From Patescibacteria group bacterium UBA3531 (lineage in GTDB: Bacteria > Patescibacteriota > Minisyncoccia > Phycocordibacterales > UBA3531), in assembly GCA_002376885.1 (NCBI GenBank), contig DFOW01000004.1, positions 1,018 through 65,017 on the forward strand: DNA of 64,000 nt, read 5' to 3'. The notes under the pieces were generated by a model. That model made no database searches and was not told where the DNA came from. It saw nothing but the letters and a program-made list of their open reading frames with translations. The translations under genes were made by a program, and so were the position numbers. Of this stretch, positions 19,045 through 29,879 are shown in pieces (within the stretch, counting starts at the first letter, position 1; every line of letters begins with the position of its first letter).

Positions 19045-19698
19045 GTGTCTAGAAAAAACCTTGGACTGGACGTTGGACAAGCTCAGGAGCTCAAGCTTGC
19101 CTTCAGGCGTCATGATTGGGACAATGAGCTCATCAAGCGACTTTGCGAATCGAATATCCTGGGCGACGCCCTCGACATCCTTCGTGGAGACGCGCAAGCC
19201 GTTCCGATCGAACGTGTCGTCGACCTTGGAGCGGAGCCTGAGATCAAGGACGGTAGTGTGGTCGTCAAGCACGTGAAGCAGGGGGTGAAGCCTTGGCGCG
19301 ACATTCGTCTCGCCCTCATCGACCCCAGGGATCTGCACTACACCAGACTGGGGATCCCTTACGACCAAGAACCGCCTGATCAGAGGATCATGGAGATCAA
19401 CCCTCGAACCATGAGGCCACACTTCCTGAAGGGACAGCGCCCAGCGAACATCCTCATGAGGGATTTTCTCCTCGAGATCCCTCATCTGATCCCTCACGAC
19501 TGGGTCCCCAGGGCCCCAATCGTGTTCTGGGGGACGGTCTGCAAGAGCGATACCACCTACTGGGTTCCCGGGATCAACCAGGACTTCGGCGGGTGGTACG
19601 CTCACGATTGCCGGGTGGAGATGCCTCGCGATCGCATCATGCTCCGTAACTACGACAACCCCTGCGTCGTCCTGACGTCGGCACCGTCGATTGTCTGA
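19045..19698 (+). CDS. GC-rich cassette hypothetical protein resembling a CPR-expanded family
   Basis: Promoter TTGACA-17-TAATTT (18955-18983), SD AGGAG, GTG start; LDVGQAQELKLAFRR...PHLIPHDW...IVFWGT. Family resemblance is from memory. Confidence 0.7.
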   Translation: MSRKNLGLDVGQAQELKLAFRRHDWDNELIKRLCESNILGDALDILRGDAQAVPIERVVDLGAEPEIKDGSVVVKHVKQGVKPWRDIRLALIDPRDLHYTRLGIPYDQEPPDQRIMEINPRTMRPHFLKGQRPANILMRDFLLEIPHLIPHDWVPRAPIVFWGTVCKSDTTYWVPGINQDFGGWYAHDCRVEMPRDRIMLRNYDNPCVVLTSAPSIV

Positions 19699-19709
19699 AG
19701 TGTTCTGAT

Positions 19710-19744
19710 GGCCCCGGCCGCGTTCATGCGCGCCGGGGCCTTTC
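19710..19744 (+). terminator. Terminator nearly identical to 18913-18947
   Basis: GGCCCCGGCCGCGTTCATGCGCGCCGGGGCCTTTC. Confidence 0.8.
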
Positions 19745-19764
19745 GTTTTACTATTATTCCCCTA

Positions 19765-19892
19765 GCACAACTTTCAAAAGAGCTCTCGGAGCCCGAGCGG
19801 GCCGGTGTCCCGCTTGCAGGACGAGCGAGGGTGAGAGCGAGCAAAAAATCCCCGCTGGGGGATTTTATTGCGTGTCTTTTGAAAGTTTGTGC
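19765..19892 (+). repeat. Structured intergenic repeat B1
   Basis: Outer stem GCACAACTTTCAAAAGA/TCTTTTGAAAGTTTGTGC around core GAGCTCTCGGAGCCCGAGCGGGC...GAGCGAGGGTGAGAGCGAG. Confidence 0.85.
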
Positions 19893-19898
19893 AAAACC

Positions 19899-21212
19899 CT
19901 AGTAACTCAAAAGCCTCTTCGCCTTCTCATGTGTCCTAATCTTCTCATGCGCCTTTGCTTCAATTTGCCTAATTCGCTCTCGGGTCACTCCAAACTCCTG
20001 CCCCACTTCTTCAAGCGTTCTCATTACCCCATCGTTTAATCCATAACGCATTTCAAGAATCTTTCTTTCTTTTGGTGAAAGGTCTCCTAAGATTTCACGA
20101 ATCTGATCTGCCAAAATTCTGCGGGCACTTTCATTATCGGGTGACAAAATTTTATCGTCTGGAATAAATTCTCCCAGTGTTGATTGTTCGTCTCCACTAT
20201 CCCCCACCGGCTTTTCGAGCGAGATGGTTGTTTGATTAATCTTTTCAATCTGATGAACCTTTTCTACTTCAATTCCCATTTCAGTTGCAACTTCCTCAGG
20301 AAGCGGTTCGCGTCCCAAGTCTTGCGACAATCGCCTTACAATTTGCTTATACTTTGCGATGGTTTCAACCATGTGCACGGGAATTCGAATGGTTCGAGAT
20401 TGATCGGCAAGTGCCCGGGTAATACTTTGCCTGATCCACCAGGTTGCATACGTTGAGAACTTAAATCCTTTGGTGTGATCAAACTTCTCTACCGCCTTAA
20501 AGAGCCCCAAATTTCCCTCTTGAATAAGGTCAAGGAGCGTAAGATCGGGACTCCTACCAATGTATTTTTTAGCGATAGAAACCACGAGTCTCAGGTTGGC
20601 TTTAGCGAGCGCTTTTCGTGCTTCATCGTCCCCTTCTAAAATTTGCTTTGCAAGATCTTTTTCATCTTTTGCACTAATCAATTTATATTGACCGATTTCT
20701 TTAAGGTACATTTGCACAGAGTCAAGAGATGGATCACCTTGTGGCAAATTCTTTAGAATATCATCTTTGTCATCGCCATCAGTATCGAGATTAATAAATC
20801 CACCCGATTCTAAAACATCAATTTGTGCTTCGCTAAATCGTTCATAAAGTTCCTCTAAAAAGAGGATATTATTCTCTACATCTGGGAATTCTTTTAAGAG
20901 CTCACTGTAAGTAACAAATCCTCTTTTTTTACCACGCCTAATAAGAGCGTCTGCTTTTGACTCAAGATCCTCCTTCTTTTTTGAAACACGTCTTGTTGCT
21001 TTTTTTGTGGTTTTTTTGGCAACCTTTTTCTTAGCTACTTTTTTGGTTTTTGTAGCTTTTTTTGTTGTTTTTTTAGCTACTTTCTTTTTTGAAACTTTTT
21101 TTAATGCCTTTTTTTTACTTGCCCGTCCGGTCGCCGGGCTTGTTTTTTTAGCCACCTTTTTTCGGGTGGTTTTTTTAGCCTTCTTTTTAGTTGTCTTCTT
21201 TTTTGCTGGCAT
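19899..21212 (-). CDS. rpoD: Primary sigma factor with Lys/Ala/Thr-rich N-terminal tail
   Basis: [44 protein letters not shown]. Confidence 0.95.
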   Translation of the reverse strand: MPAKKKTTKKKAKKTTRKKVAKKTSPATGRASKKKALKKVSKKKVAKKTTKKATKTKKVAKKKVAKKTTKKATRRVSKKKEDLESKADALIRRGKKRGFVTYSELLKEFPDVENNILFLEELYERFSEAQIDVLESGGFINLDTDGDDKDDILKNLPQGDPSLDSVQMYLKEIGQYKLISAKDEKDLAKQILEGDDEARKALAKANLRLVVSIAKKYIGRSPDLTLLDLIQEGNLGLFKAVEKFDHTKGFKFSTYATWWIRQSITRALADQSRTIRIPVHMVETIAKYKQIVRRLSQDLGREPLPEEVATEMGIEVEKVHQIEKINQTTISLEKPVGDSGDEQSTLGEFIPDDKILSPDNESARRILADQIREILGDLSPKERKILEMRYGLNDGVMRTLEEVGQEFGVTRERIRQIEAKAHEKIRTHEKAKRLLSY

Positions 21213-21277
21213 CCTAATAAAAATTCTTAATTAATAACGTTTTGTGACACGTGTTCGTCCCGTGGAATTTTAACAGG
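21213..21277 (-). repeat. Inverted-repeat element A2 abutting the rpoD start codon
   Basis: CCTAATAAAAATTC...GTCCCGTGGAATTTTAACAGG. Confidence 0.8.
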
Positions 21278-21285
21278 ACAAGTTC

Positions 21286-22989
21286 TTATTGATTTTTTAA
21301 TTTATCTAATTCTTGTTGAATTTTAAAATGTTCTTTTTGATACTCTTCTGCTTTTTTAAGATCTTGCGTGTGCTCTGCCTCTTTTAACTTTTTGAAGAGT
21401 TCTGTACTTTTGTCGCGAAGCACTTCTGCTTTATAACTGTCGAAGAGTTCGTGTATTTGATCGATGATTCTATCCGAGTCTTTATACCATAACTCGGCCT
21501 TAAATTCTAGTTCTGTTTGCTTATTTTTATCGAGTTTTTGTATTCGTTTTTTGAGTTCATCTTCACCAACTGTTTCGCGTACTTCTCGCGCAACCTCATC
21601 TACTGAAATCTTTTCTTTCATCGACCATAAATACAAACCAATGATTTCTTCAATTATTCTTTCTTTTCTTTCTTTTACTATTGTTTGTTCTTCTTTTTGT
21701 TTTTGATGTACGGATTCTTTCGGGGTCTCCTTATCTACCTTCTCAAGTTCTTCTCTTAATGCCTTCTCAGGGATATCTGCTTTTTGCGACACAAGAGTTA
21801 CAAAATGAGCCTGATCAATCTTATTTTCTATACGGGATAAAAGCGGTACAAGAACCGTGTTAACGGCCTGTTTTAAGGCGCGAGATTCTTTTTGCGTCTC
21901 TATTAAGCGCTCCATTATGTATTCAACAATGTGCTTTGCGCCCTTTACGCCATAGAGCCACTTTGTTTTGTCTTCTAAAATAAGATCTGCTGGATCTTTT
22001 TTATCAATAAGAACAACTTTCACATTGAGCCCTGTGGCAAGTGCCATCTCTCCCCCGCGAAGGAGTGCTCGCTTGCCAGCACCGTCTGAATCAAACGCAA
22101 ACACAATGGTACCCGCTAAACGCTTAATAATGTTTAAGTGGTCGGCTGTAAGAGCAGTCCCCGAGACAGCAACCGTATTGGTAATGCCTGCCTGGTGAGA
22201 CATAATGACATCCATTTGCCCCTCAACAAAAATACACTCATTCTTTTTTCTGATTGCTTCTTTTGCTAAATGATAGGGATACAAGATGCGAGACTTGTCG
22301 TAAAGAAGTGTTTGAGGGGTGTTTATATACTTACCGCCCTTCTCATCATTGCCATAAATACGCCCCGAAAACCCAACCACGCGCCCCATGTGATCAGACA
22401 AAGGAAACATTACCCTGTTCCTAAAACGATCGTAGTGGCTATTGTGTTTATCTCCAGGAATAATCATTCCCGCCTTTTCTATCAAGTCTCGTCCGTAACC
22501 CTTCTTTTCTAAGTGTGTAAGCAACGACCTCCATTCATCGGGAACATAGCCAATCTTAAAGTCCTTAATTGTTTGCTCGGTGAGTCCTCTTTTTTTTAAG
22601 TAAGAAACAACCTCTTTATTGAGCTCTAGATTTTCTTTGTAAAACTCTGTTGCTTCTTCTAAAAGTTTAAAGAGTCTCTCTTTTTCTCCTTGAGTTTTTG
22701 GATCAACTTTTTCAATCTCAACCCCCGCTCTGTCTGCCAAGATTTTAAGTGCTTCTCTGAACTCAACCCCTTCAATTTCTTCAATAAAGCTAAAGATGTC
22801 TCCCCCGCGGTTACATCCAAAACAATGGTATGAATCACGCCCAGGAGATACAAAAAATGAAGGAGTCTTTTCGTTATGGAAGGGGCACGGCGCCTTAAAA
22901 TTACCTCCAGCTTTCTCGAGTTTTAAATACGAACTCACCACGTCAACGATACCAAGGCGAGATTTAATTTTCTCTACCGTGCCGCTCAT
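21286..22989 (-). CDS. dnaG: DNA primase
   Basis: CPFHNEKTPSF zinc-binding domain, DRFRNRVMFP, KYINTP, EGQMDV, FDSDGAG. Confidence 0.96.
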   Translation of the reverse strand: MSGTVEKIKSRLGIVDVVSSYLKLEKAGGNFKAPCPFHNEKTPSFFVSPGRDSYHCFGCNRGGDIFSFIEEIEGVEFREALKILADRAGVEIEKVDPKTQGEKERLFKLLEEATEFYKENLELNKEVVSYLKKRGLTEQTIKDFKIGYVPDEWRSLLTHLEKKGYGRDLIEKAGMIIPGDKHNSHYDRFRNRVMFPLSDHMGRVVGFSGRIYGNDEKGGKYINTPQTLLYDKSRILYPYHLAKEAIRKKNECIFVEGQMDVIMSHQAGITNTVAVSGTALTADHLNIIKRLAGTIVFAFDSDGAGKRALLRGGEMALATGLNVKVVLIDKKDPADLILEDKTKWLYGVKGAKHIVEYIMERLIETQKESRALKQAVNTVLVPLLSRIENKIDQAHFVTLVSQKADIPEKALREELEKVDKETPKESVHQKQKEEQTIVKERKERIIEEIIGLYLWSMKEKISVDEVAREVRETVGEDELKKRIQKLDKNKQTELEFKAELWYKDSDRIIDQIHELFDSYKAEVLRDKSTELFKKLKEAEHTQDLKKAEEYQKEHFKIQQELDKLKNQ

Positions 22990-23013
22990 TCGAGTAGAAT
23001 ACTATTATTTTAT

Positions 23014-26000
23014 TTAGTTGTCCTCTCCTTCGTTTTCTTCTTCTGGCTCTGGGGCAACTTCATCGATAATGTCACCAAAGTGACCTTGAGAGAGTCCTGT
23101 TCCTGCTGGAATAAGGCGTCCAATGATTACGTTTTCTTTCAGTCCTCGTAAGTTGTCAGTCTTTCCGTTTACTGCTGCGTCAATCAAAACCTTTGTAGTG
23201 TTTTGGAATGAAGATGCTGAAAGGAAGCTTCCTGATGAAAGCGCAACTTCTGAGATTCCAAGAAGTACGGTGTCTGCAACTGCTTGCTCTCCTCCGTCTT
23301 CTTTAACACGTGCGTTCTCGATCTCTACGTCTTCGGTTTCTACAACTTCTCCTGCTACAAATCGAGTGTCTCCTGCTTTTTTAATCTTCTTTCGTGAAAG
23401 CATTTTTCGCATAATCACTTCAATGTGTTTACGTGAGATACTTGCTCCTTGTGTTTCGTAGAGTCTACTTGCTTCGCGCAAAATATAATCTTGCGTCTTT
23501 TCTGCACCTGCATATTTGAAGAGTTCTTGTAAGTGTGCTGATCCGTCAGTCAAAAGGTCTCCACGGTCTACATGGTCTCCCTTTTTAACAACCGGTGTTC
23601 GCACTGGTGGAACTTCAAATTCAAGTGACTTTTCTTTCTTGCCTTTCATTTCTCCTTCATCTGCTAGAATTGTAATGATCTTTGATTTACCGTCTGATTT
23701 AACTTCGGCAACGGTTCCTGCAATGGTAGTAATAATAGCCGCATTCTTTGGCTCTCTTCGTTCAAAGATTTCTTCAACTCGTGGAAGTCCAGTGGTGATG
23801 TCTCCTCCAGCTGACGCGATTCCTCCTGCATGGAAGGTACGCATAGTAAGCTGAGTTCCTGGTTCACCAATCGCTTGAGCTGCAATAACTCCCACTGCTT
23901 CTCCAATCTCAACTGGTTTATTTCGTCCAAGGTCGAGTCCGTAACATTTTTGACACACGCCTCGAGTTAATTTACAGGTAAGTGGTGAAAATACTGACAC
24001 ACTTGGAATCGCATCTTCTTCAATAAGGTCTGCATCTCGTTTTGAAAGAAGATGACCTTTTTTAAAGAGAACTTTGTTTCCTTGTTTAATGTCTTTTGAA
24101 ACAATCTTTCCGTCAATATCGGCACTGATTCCTTTAGTAAATCCTGACCCTTGCGGAATAAAGTATTCTCGTCCGTCTTTGTCGCCACAATCATCTGCAG
24201 TAATAATGATGTCTTGAGCAACATCAACCATTTTTCGGGTAAGGTATCCGGCACGTGCAGTGTTAAGTGCGGTGTCGGCAAGTCCCTTTCGTGCTCCGTG
24301 AGTAGTAATAAAGTACTCAAGAGGAGAAAGTCCTTCTTTGTATGATGGGATAATTGGGAAGTCGATGGTTCTACTCTTCACGTCTGCAATGAGCCCCTTC
24401 ATTCCTGACATTTGCGAAAGCTGACTAATAGAGCTTCGTGCCTTAGATGTTAAGAGATCGTATACAGAACCGTTCTTATTGAGTTTCCCTGGAATTGCTT
24501 CCTCGATTTGATTCTTTGCGTCTTGCCATGCAGCAATAACCATTCGGTATCGTTCTTCTTCAGAAAGAAGTCCTTTTTCGTAATTTCCTTCGATGGTTTC
24601 TACTTTTGTTCGAGCTTCGTCGATAATGACTTTCTTTTCTTCTTCAATGTCTGGAAGGTCTTCAATACCCCAGGTTGTTCCTGAATTGGTTGCATATTTG
24701 AATCCAAAATCTTTCAGCTTGTCTAAAATATCTGCAATGTTTTCAACTCCGTATTCTAAGATAAGGTCTTCAACAATAGTGTTAATTTCCTTAAGTGTTA
24801 CTTCGTGATTAATGAATGGGAAATCTTTTGGAAGAATACTGTTAAAGAGGATTCGTCCTACTGATGTTTCAAACACTTTCCCCTCAAACTGTTTGTACTT
24901 TGGATTATCAGTTCCGAGAACTTTTACTTTTGATCGGAAACTAATTCGTCCAAATTCATATGCGGTAATAGCTGCGTTTGGTGAAGAAAATGCTTCTCCC
25001 TCTCCCTTTTCGCCATCAACGGTCTTAGTCATCCAAAAGATTCCAAGAACCATGTCCATTCGAGGACCAACGATAGGGTCTCCGTTTCCTGGCTTTAGAA
25101 GGTTTTTATTTGCAGACATGAGGTTGCGAGCCTCGGCTTGCGCCTCTTCAGAGAGAGGAACGTGCACCGCCATTTGGTCACCGTCGAAGTCTGCGTTAAA
25201 TGCAGTACATACAAGTGGGTGGATTTGAATAGCGTTTCCTTCAATCAAGATTGGTTGGAACGCTTGAATACCAAGTCTGTGGAGCGTCGGCGCTCGGTTT
25301 AAGAGCACATACTTTCCTTTAATCACCTCTTCCAAGATTGCCCATACTTCTGGGATCCCTTCGTCAATTAGTCGGTTTGCGCCACGAATGTTAAAGGCCA
25401 ACTCTTGTTCAAGAAGTTTTGAAATAACAAATGGTCGGAACAATTCGAGTGCCATGTGTTTTGGAAGCCCACATTGATCAAGTTTTAAGTGAGGACCAAC
25501 CACAATCACACTTCGTCCAGAATAATCTACTCGTTTACCAAGAAGGTTTTGCCTAAAGCGTCCTTGTTTACCTTTAAGCATGTCTGCCATTGATTTAAGT
25601 GGACGACGCTGTGCTTGGCTCATTGCTTCTGTTCCCCCCTTACGCAAAGAGTTATCAATCAAGGCATCAACTGCTTCTTGCAAGATTCGTTTTTCGTTAC
25701 GCAAAATAACATCAGGAGCGTTTAAGTCCTTAAGTTTCTTAAGCCTGTTGTTTCGGTTGATAACTCGCCTGTACAAGTCGTTAATGTCACTGGTTGCGTG
25801 TCGTCCACCATCAAGTGCCACCATTGGTCGCAAGGCTGGCGGAAGAACCGGAATAGTAGTTAAACACATCCATTCAGGCCGTACACCTGCTCTCCTCATT
25901 GATTTGATAAGGTTAAGTCGTTTTTGTACCCGTGGTCGTTCGGTTGCTCCTGCAGTTTCAAAGTGAGCTTCTGTATCTTTTAGAAGCTTATCAAGATCGA

Positions 26001-26727
26001 TATTTTTTAGAATATTGTAAATTGCTTCTGCTCCGATCTCTGCCTCAAAAAGTGTTCCGAACTTAAGCGAATACCGTTGGTACGTTGCCTCATCAAGAAC
26101 AATTCCCTCTTTAATTTCATTTAATTCTTTTTTAACCGCCTGGAATTGCTCTTTTGCATTTTCTTTATCTTTTGCAACCTTAATAGACTTGAGCGCATTT
26201 TTATATTCACGATCAAGTTCTTTTAAGATAGTTTGTCGTTCGTTTTCATCTACTTTGGTAACAATGTACCCAGCAAAGTAGACAACTCGTTCAAGATCCC
26301 CTACTGAAAGCCCCAGCAAGGTTCCCATCTTTGAAGGGATTCCTCGCAAAAACCAAATGTGCGTTACCGGGCTTGCCAAATCAATATGACCCATTCGCTC
26401 TCGACGAACAATGCTTCGTGTTACCTCAACACCACACTTTTCACACACAATGTTTTTGTAGCGGATTCGTCTGTATTTACCACAGTAACATTCATAGTCT
26501 TTTTCAGGACCAAAGATTCGTTCATCAAAAAGTCCTCCTCGTTCACTTCGTTGTGTTCGGTAGTTAATAGTTTCAGGTCGAGTAACCTCTCCATATGACC
26601 AGTCATGAATCTTTTCAGGAGACGCAACCTTTACACCAATTGCTTCAAAATCGGTAATGTCGCGCGCCTTCATTGGTCGTACTTTTTGTGGTGTCTCTTC
26701 AACACCTTCTGTTTTAGTTCGTGGCAT
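23014..26727 (-). CDS. rpoC: RNA polymerase beta' subunit
   Basis: NADFDGDQMAVH, CEKCGVE, GEPGTQLTMRTFH. Confidence 0.98.
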   Translation of the reverse strand: MPRTKTEGVEETPQKVRPMKARDITDFEAIGVKVASPEKIHDWSYGEVTRPETINYRTQRSERGGLFDERIFGPEKDYECYCGKYRRIRYKNIVCEKCGVEVTRSIVRRERMGHIDLASPVTHIWFLRGIPSKMGTLLGLSVGDLERVVYFAGYIVTKVDENERQTILKELDREYKNALKSIKVAKDKENAKEQFQAVKKELNEIKEGIVLDEATYQRYSLKFGTLFEAEIGAEAIYNILKNIDLDKLLKDTEAHFETAGATERPRVQKRLNLIKSMRRAGVRPEWMCLTTIPVLPPALRPMVALDGGRHATSDINDLYRRVINRNNRLKKLKDLNAPDVILRNEKRILQEAVDALIDNSLRKGGTEAMSQAQRRPLKSMADMLKGKQGRFRQNLLGKRVDYSGRSVIVVGPHLKLDQCGLPKHMALELFRPFVISKLLEQELAFNIRGANRLIDEGIPEVWAILEEVIKGKYVLLNRAPTLHRLGIQAFQPILIEGNAIQIHPLVCTAFNADFDGDQMAVHVPLSEEAQAEARNLMSANKNLLKPGNGDPIVGPRMDMVLGIFWMTKTVDGEKGEGEAFSSPNAAITAYEFGRISFRSKVKVLGTDNPKYKQFEGKVFETSVGRILFNSILPKDFPFINHEVTLKEINTIVEDLILEYGVENIADILDKLKDFGFKYATNSGTTWGIEDLPDIEEEKKVIIDEARTKVETIEGNYEKGLLSEEERYRMVIAAWQDAKNQIEEAIPGKLNKNGSVYDLLTSKARSSISQLSQMSGMKGLIADVKSRTIDFPIIPSYKEGLSPLEYFITTHGARKGLADTALNTARAGYLTRKMVDVAQDIIITADDCGDKDGREYFIPQGSGFTKGISADIDGKIVSKDIKQGNKVLFKKGHLLSKRDADLIEEDAIPSVSVFSPLTCKLTRGVCQKCYGLDLGRNKPVEIGEAVGVIAAQAIGEPGTQLTMRTFHAGGIASAGGDITTGLPRVEEIFERREPKNAAIITTIAGTVAEVKSDGKSKIITILADEGEMKGKKEKSLEFEVPPVRTPVVKKGDHVDRGDLLTDGSAHLQELFKYAGAEKTQDYILREASRLYETQGASISRKHIEVIMRKMLSRKKIKKAGDTRFVAGEVVETEDVEIENARVKEDGGEQAVADTVLLGISEVALSSGSFLSASSFQNTTKVLIDAAVNGKTDNLRGLKENVIIGRLIPAGTGLSQGHFGDIIDEVAPEPEEENEGEDN

Positions 26728-26732
26728 AGTGA

Positions 26733-29700
26733 TTATTCTTTTTTAAGTTCAATATCAAGCGCCAAACCTTTTAGTTCGTTCAAAAGCACCTTAAATGATG
26801 CTGGTAAGTTTGGTTGCTTAATTCGTTCTCCTTTGACAATTGAGTCAAAGGTCATGGCTCGACCCTGAATATCGTCTGATTTAATCGTAAGCATTTCACG
26901 CAAGGTATGCGCAGCACCGTATCCTTCAAGAGCCCACACCTCCATTTCTCCAAATCGTTGTCCTCCTCGTTGCGCCTTACCTCCCAAAGGTTGTTGCGTA
27001 ATCAAAGAGTACGGACCAATTGAACGCATGTGAATCTTGTCTTCCACCATATGGTGAAGTTTTAAGATATACATGTATCCAATAGCGATATCTTTATCAA
27101 ATTTCTCTCCGGTTTGTCCGTCGTAGAGTGTTACTTTTCCGCTTTCGTTGAATCCTGATTCTTTAAGTTCTTCTTTAATTTCATTAACACTCGCACCCAT
27201 AAATGACGGCGTGATGGCTTGGTAATCCAAAGTATGTGCTGCAAGTCCTAAGTGCATTTCAAGAATCTGACCCAAGTTCATTCGTGAAGGAACTCCGAGC
27301 GGTGTCAAAATAACATCAACGGGTGTTCCGTCTTCCATGTATGGCATGTCTTCTTCCGGAAGGATTCGAGAAATAACTCCCTTGTTTCCGTGTCGTCCTG
27401 CAAGCTTGTCTCCTACTGAAATGTTTCGTACTTGTGCAATCTCGATTCCAATAGCTTTAATAACTCCTGATTCAAGCTTGTCTCCTTTATCTCGAGAGAA
27501 TACTTTGACGCCAACAACTCGTCCTCGTTTTCCGTGTTCCATTCGGAGTGAAGTGTCTTTTACATCTCGAGCTTTTTCTCCAAAAATACTTCGGAGGAGT
27601 CGTTCTTCTGGAGTAAGTTCAGTTTCCCCCTTTGGAGTAATCTTTCCAACCAAGATATCTCCAGGGCCAACTTCTGCACCTACTCGGATAACACCTTCTT
27701 CATCCAAGTTTTTAAGTTTTGCTTCACTTACATTTGGAATATCGTGAGTAGTAACTTCTGGTCCTAGTTTTGTATCACGAACGTTTACCGTGAACTCTTC
27801 AATATGAATGGTTGAGAATACAGAGTTCTTTACCAATCGTTCAGAAATAATAATCGCGTCTTCGTAGTTTGCCCCCTCCCAACTCATGAAGGCAACAAAT
27901 GCATTTTGACCAAGCGCTAATTGCCCCTTATCACTTGAAGAGGTGTCTGCCAAAAGTTCTCCCTTCTTAACTTTTTGCCCCTTGTTAACTACCGCTCGGT
28001 GATGAAGTGCGGTAAATCCGTTGGTTCGTACATAATTCAAAAGAGTATACGTAGTTTCTTTTGTTCCCTTAACAACAATCTTTTGAGCATCAACTTCAGT
28101 TACGGTTCCTGCTTCTTTTGCATAGAGTAATCGCCCTGTATCTTTTGCAGCAACTTCCTCAACCCCTGTTGCAACAATTGGTGCTTCAGGAGTAAGACAT
28201 GGAGTTGCTTGTTTTTGCATGTTTGAACCCATGAGTGCTCGGTTTGCGTCGTCGTTTTCTAGAAACGGAATGGTGCTGGTTGCAATTGAGAATGCTTGGT
28301 TTGTTGCAACTTCTATATACTCAACTTCTTTTGCTTCCATAAAATGAGGTCGCCCATTAATACGACACTCAACAACGTCTCCTTCTAGTTTTCCTTTATC
28401 GTCGTAAGCAACGCCGGCATGTGCAATAACACTCTTTTCTTCTTCAAGAGCGGTGAGGTATACCAATTCATCGGTAATAACTCCCTTCTCTACTTTTCGG
28501 TACGGAGTTTCGATAACACCAAATTGATTGAGTCGCGCATATGACGCAAGACTCAAGATAAGACCGATGTTTGGTCCTTCTGGTGTTTGAATAGGACACA
28601 CTCGCCCATAGTGTGATGGGTGCACGTCTCGAACTTCAAGTCCTGCCCGTTCTCGGGTAAGTCCTCCGGGGCCAAGCGCTGAAAGACGTCGCAAGTGTTC
28701 AAGCTCTGCCAAAATGTTTTCTTGAGACATGAACTGACACAATTGGTTCGTATTAAAGAATTCTTTGATTCGCGCCTGGAATGGTCGTGGGTTAATTAGT
28801 TGGATGGGATTAGTAACCGTTGCATCAATAGTAGACATTCGGTCCTGAACTCCTCGTTTTAATTGGGTCAACCCAACTCGAAGCTTTCCTTGGATCAATT
28901 CTCCAACGGCTCGTACACGTCTGAGTCCCATGTGATCAATATCATCTGGTTCTGCACCAGGAGTATTATTGAGTTCAATAATATGAGAAACGATTGAGAC
29001 AATGTCATCGTAGGTAATTCCAGCGCTTTCTTCTCCTTTCTTTGTTCCAAATCGTTTATTAAATCGGTATCGTCCAACATCAGAAAGATCGTACTTTGCT
29101 TCACTAAAGAGATCTTGAATGAAGGTCTTCGCACTCGCTACGGTAATAAGTTCACTGTCTCTGATTTTTCGATACACCTCAACGAATGCTTCTTCTTGAG
29201 TTTTTGCGTGATCTTTTTCGAGTGTATTTTGAATATACGGAGTTTCGCTTTGTGCATCTTTAAACCTGTTTAAGATATGCTCGTCGCTTGTTTGTTCCCC
29301 TTCTCCTAACACACGCAAAAGAGCCGAAACTGGGAATTTTCGTTTTCGGTCGATTCGGACATAGATCGCATCATCTAAGTCAGTCTCAATTTCAATCCAT
29401 GCACCTCGTGCTGGAATAATTTTTGCACCAAAGCGTCGTTCTCCTCGAATGTCTTGAGCGGTAAAGAAGACTCCAAAGCTTCGTGCGAGTTGTGGAACCA
29501 CTACCTTCTCAACACCGTTAATAATGAAGGTTCCGTGATCCGTCATTAAAGGAAGATCTGCCAAGAAGAGCTCTTGCTCCTTTTCCTCTTTTAATGAAAG
29601 ATTCTTAAGTTTTACCCGAACCTTAAGCGGTGCATCGTATGAGAGGTTGTGTTCTTTTGCGTAATGCTCATCAAATTTTGGTTTTTCAAGCCATAAATCA

Positions 29701-29879
29701 GAAAACTCCAAATGGAATTTATTTTCTGAATAATCTTTGATAGGAGAAAAGTCTTTGAATGTTTCTTTAATTCCCTTCTCCAAAAGTGCCTCGTACGACT
29801 TAATTTGGGTTTCGACAAGGTTTGGAAGACCTGCAAGCGGGTCTTTATACTTACCGAAATGCTTTTGTTTTAGTTGCAT
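26733..29879 (-). CDS. rpoB: RNA polymerase beta subunit
   Basis: GDKLAGRHGNKG, RFGEMEVWALE. Confidence 0.98.
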   Translation of the reverse strand: MQLKQKHFGKYKDPLAGLPNLVETQIKSYEALLEKGIKETFKDFSPIKDYSENKFHLEFSDLWLEKPKFDEHYAKEHNLSYDAPLKVRVKLKNLSLKEEKEQELFLADLPLMTDHGTFIINGVEKVVVPQLARSFGVFFTAQDIRGERRFGAKIIPARGAWIEIETDLDDAIYVRIDRKRKFPVSALLRVLGEGEQTSDEHILNRFKDAQSETPYIQNTLEKDHAKTQEEAFVEVYRKIRDSELITVASAKTFIQDLFSEAKYDLSDVGRYRFNKRFGTKKGEESAGITYDDIVSIVSHIIELNNTPGAEPDDIDHMGLRRVRAVGELIQGKLRVGLTQLKRGVQDRMSTIDATVTNPIQLINPRPFQARIKEFFNTNQLCQFMSQENILAELEHLRRLSALGPGGLTRERAGLEVRDVHPSHYGRVCPIQTPEGPNIGLILSLASYARLNQFGVIETPYRKVEKGVITDELVYLTALEEEKSVIAHAGVAYDDKGKLEGDVVECRINGRPHFMEAKEVEYIEVATNQAFSIATSTIPFLENDDANRALMGSNMQKQATPCLTPEAPIVATGVEEVAAKDTGRLLYAKEAGTVTEVDAQKIVVKGTKETTYTLLNYVRTNGFTALHHRAVVNKGQKVKKGELLADTSSSDKGQLALGQNAFVAFMSWEGANYEDAIIISERLVKNSVFSTIHIEEFTVNVRDTKLGPEVTTHDIPNVSEAKLKNLDEEGVIRVGAEVGPGDILVGKITPKGETELTPEERLLRSIFGEKARDVKDTSLRMEHGKRGRVVGVKVFSRDKGDKLESGVIKAIGIEIAQVRNISVGDKLAGRHGNKGVISRILPEEDMPYMEDGTPVDVILTPLGVPSRMNLGQILEMHLGLAAHTLDYQAITPSFMGASVNEIKEELKESGFNESGKVTLYDGQTGEKFDKDIAIGYMYILKLHHMVEDKIHMRSIGPYSLITQQPLGGKAQRGGQRFGEMEVWALEGYGAAHTLREMLTIKSDDIQGRAMTFDSIVKGERIKQPNLPASFKVLLNELKGLALDIELKKE

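Noticed and set aside
18988-19605. 205-aa minus-strand ORF
   Set aside because: Antisense shadow of the G/C-ending plus-strand gene; promoter, SD and terminator all support the plus strand.
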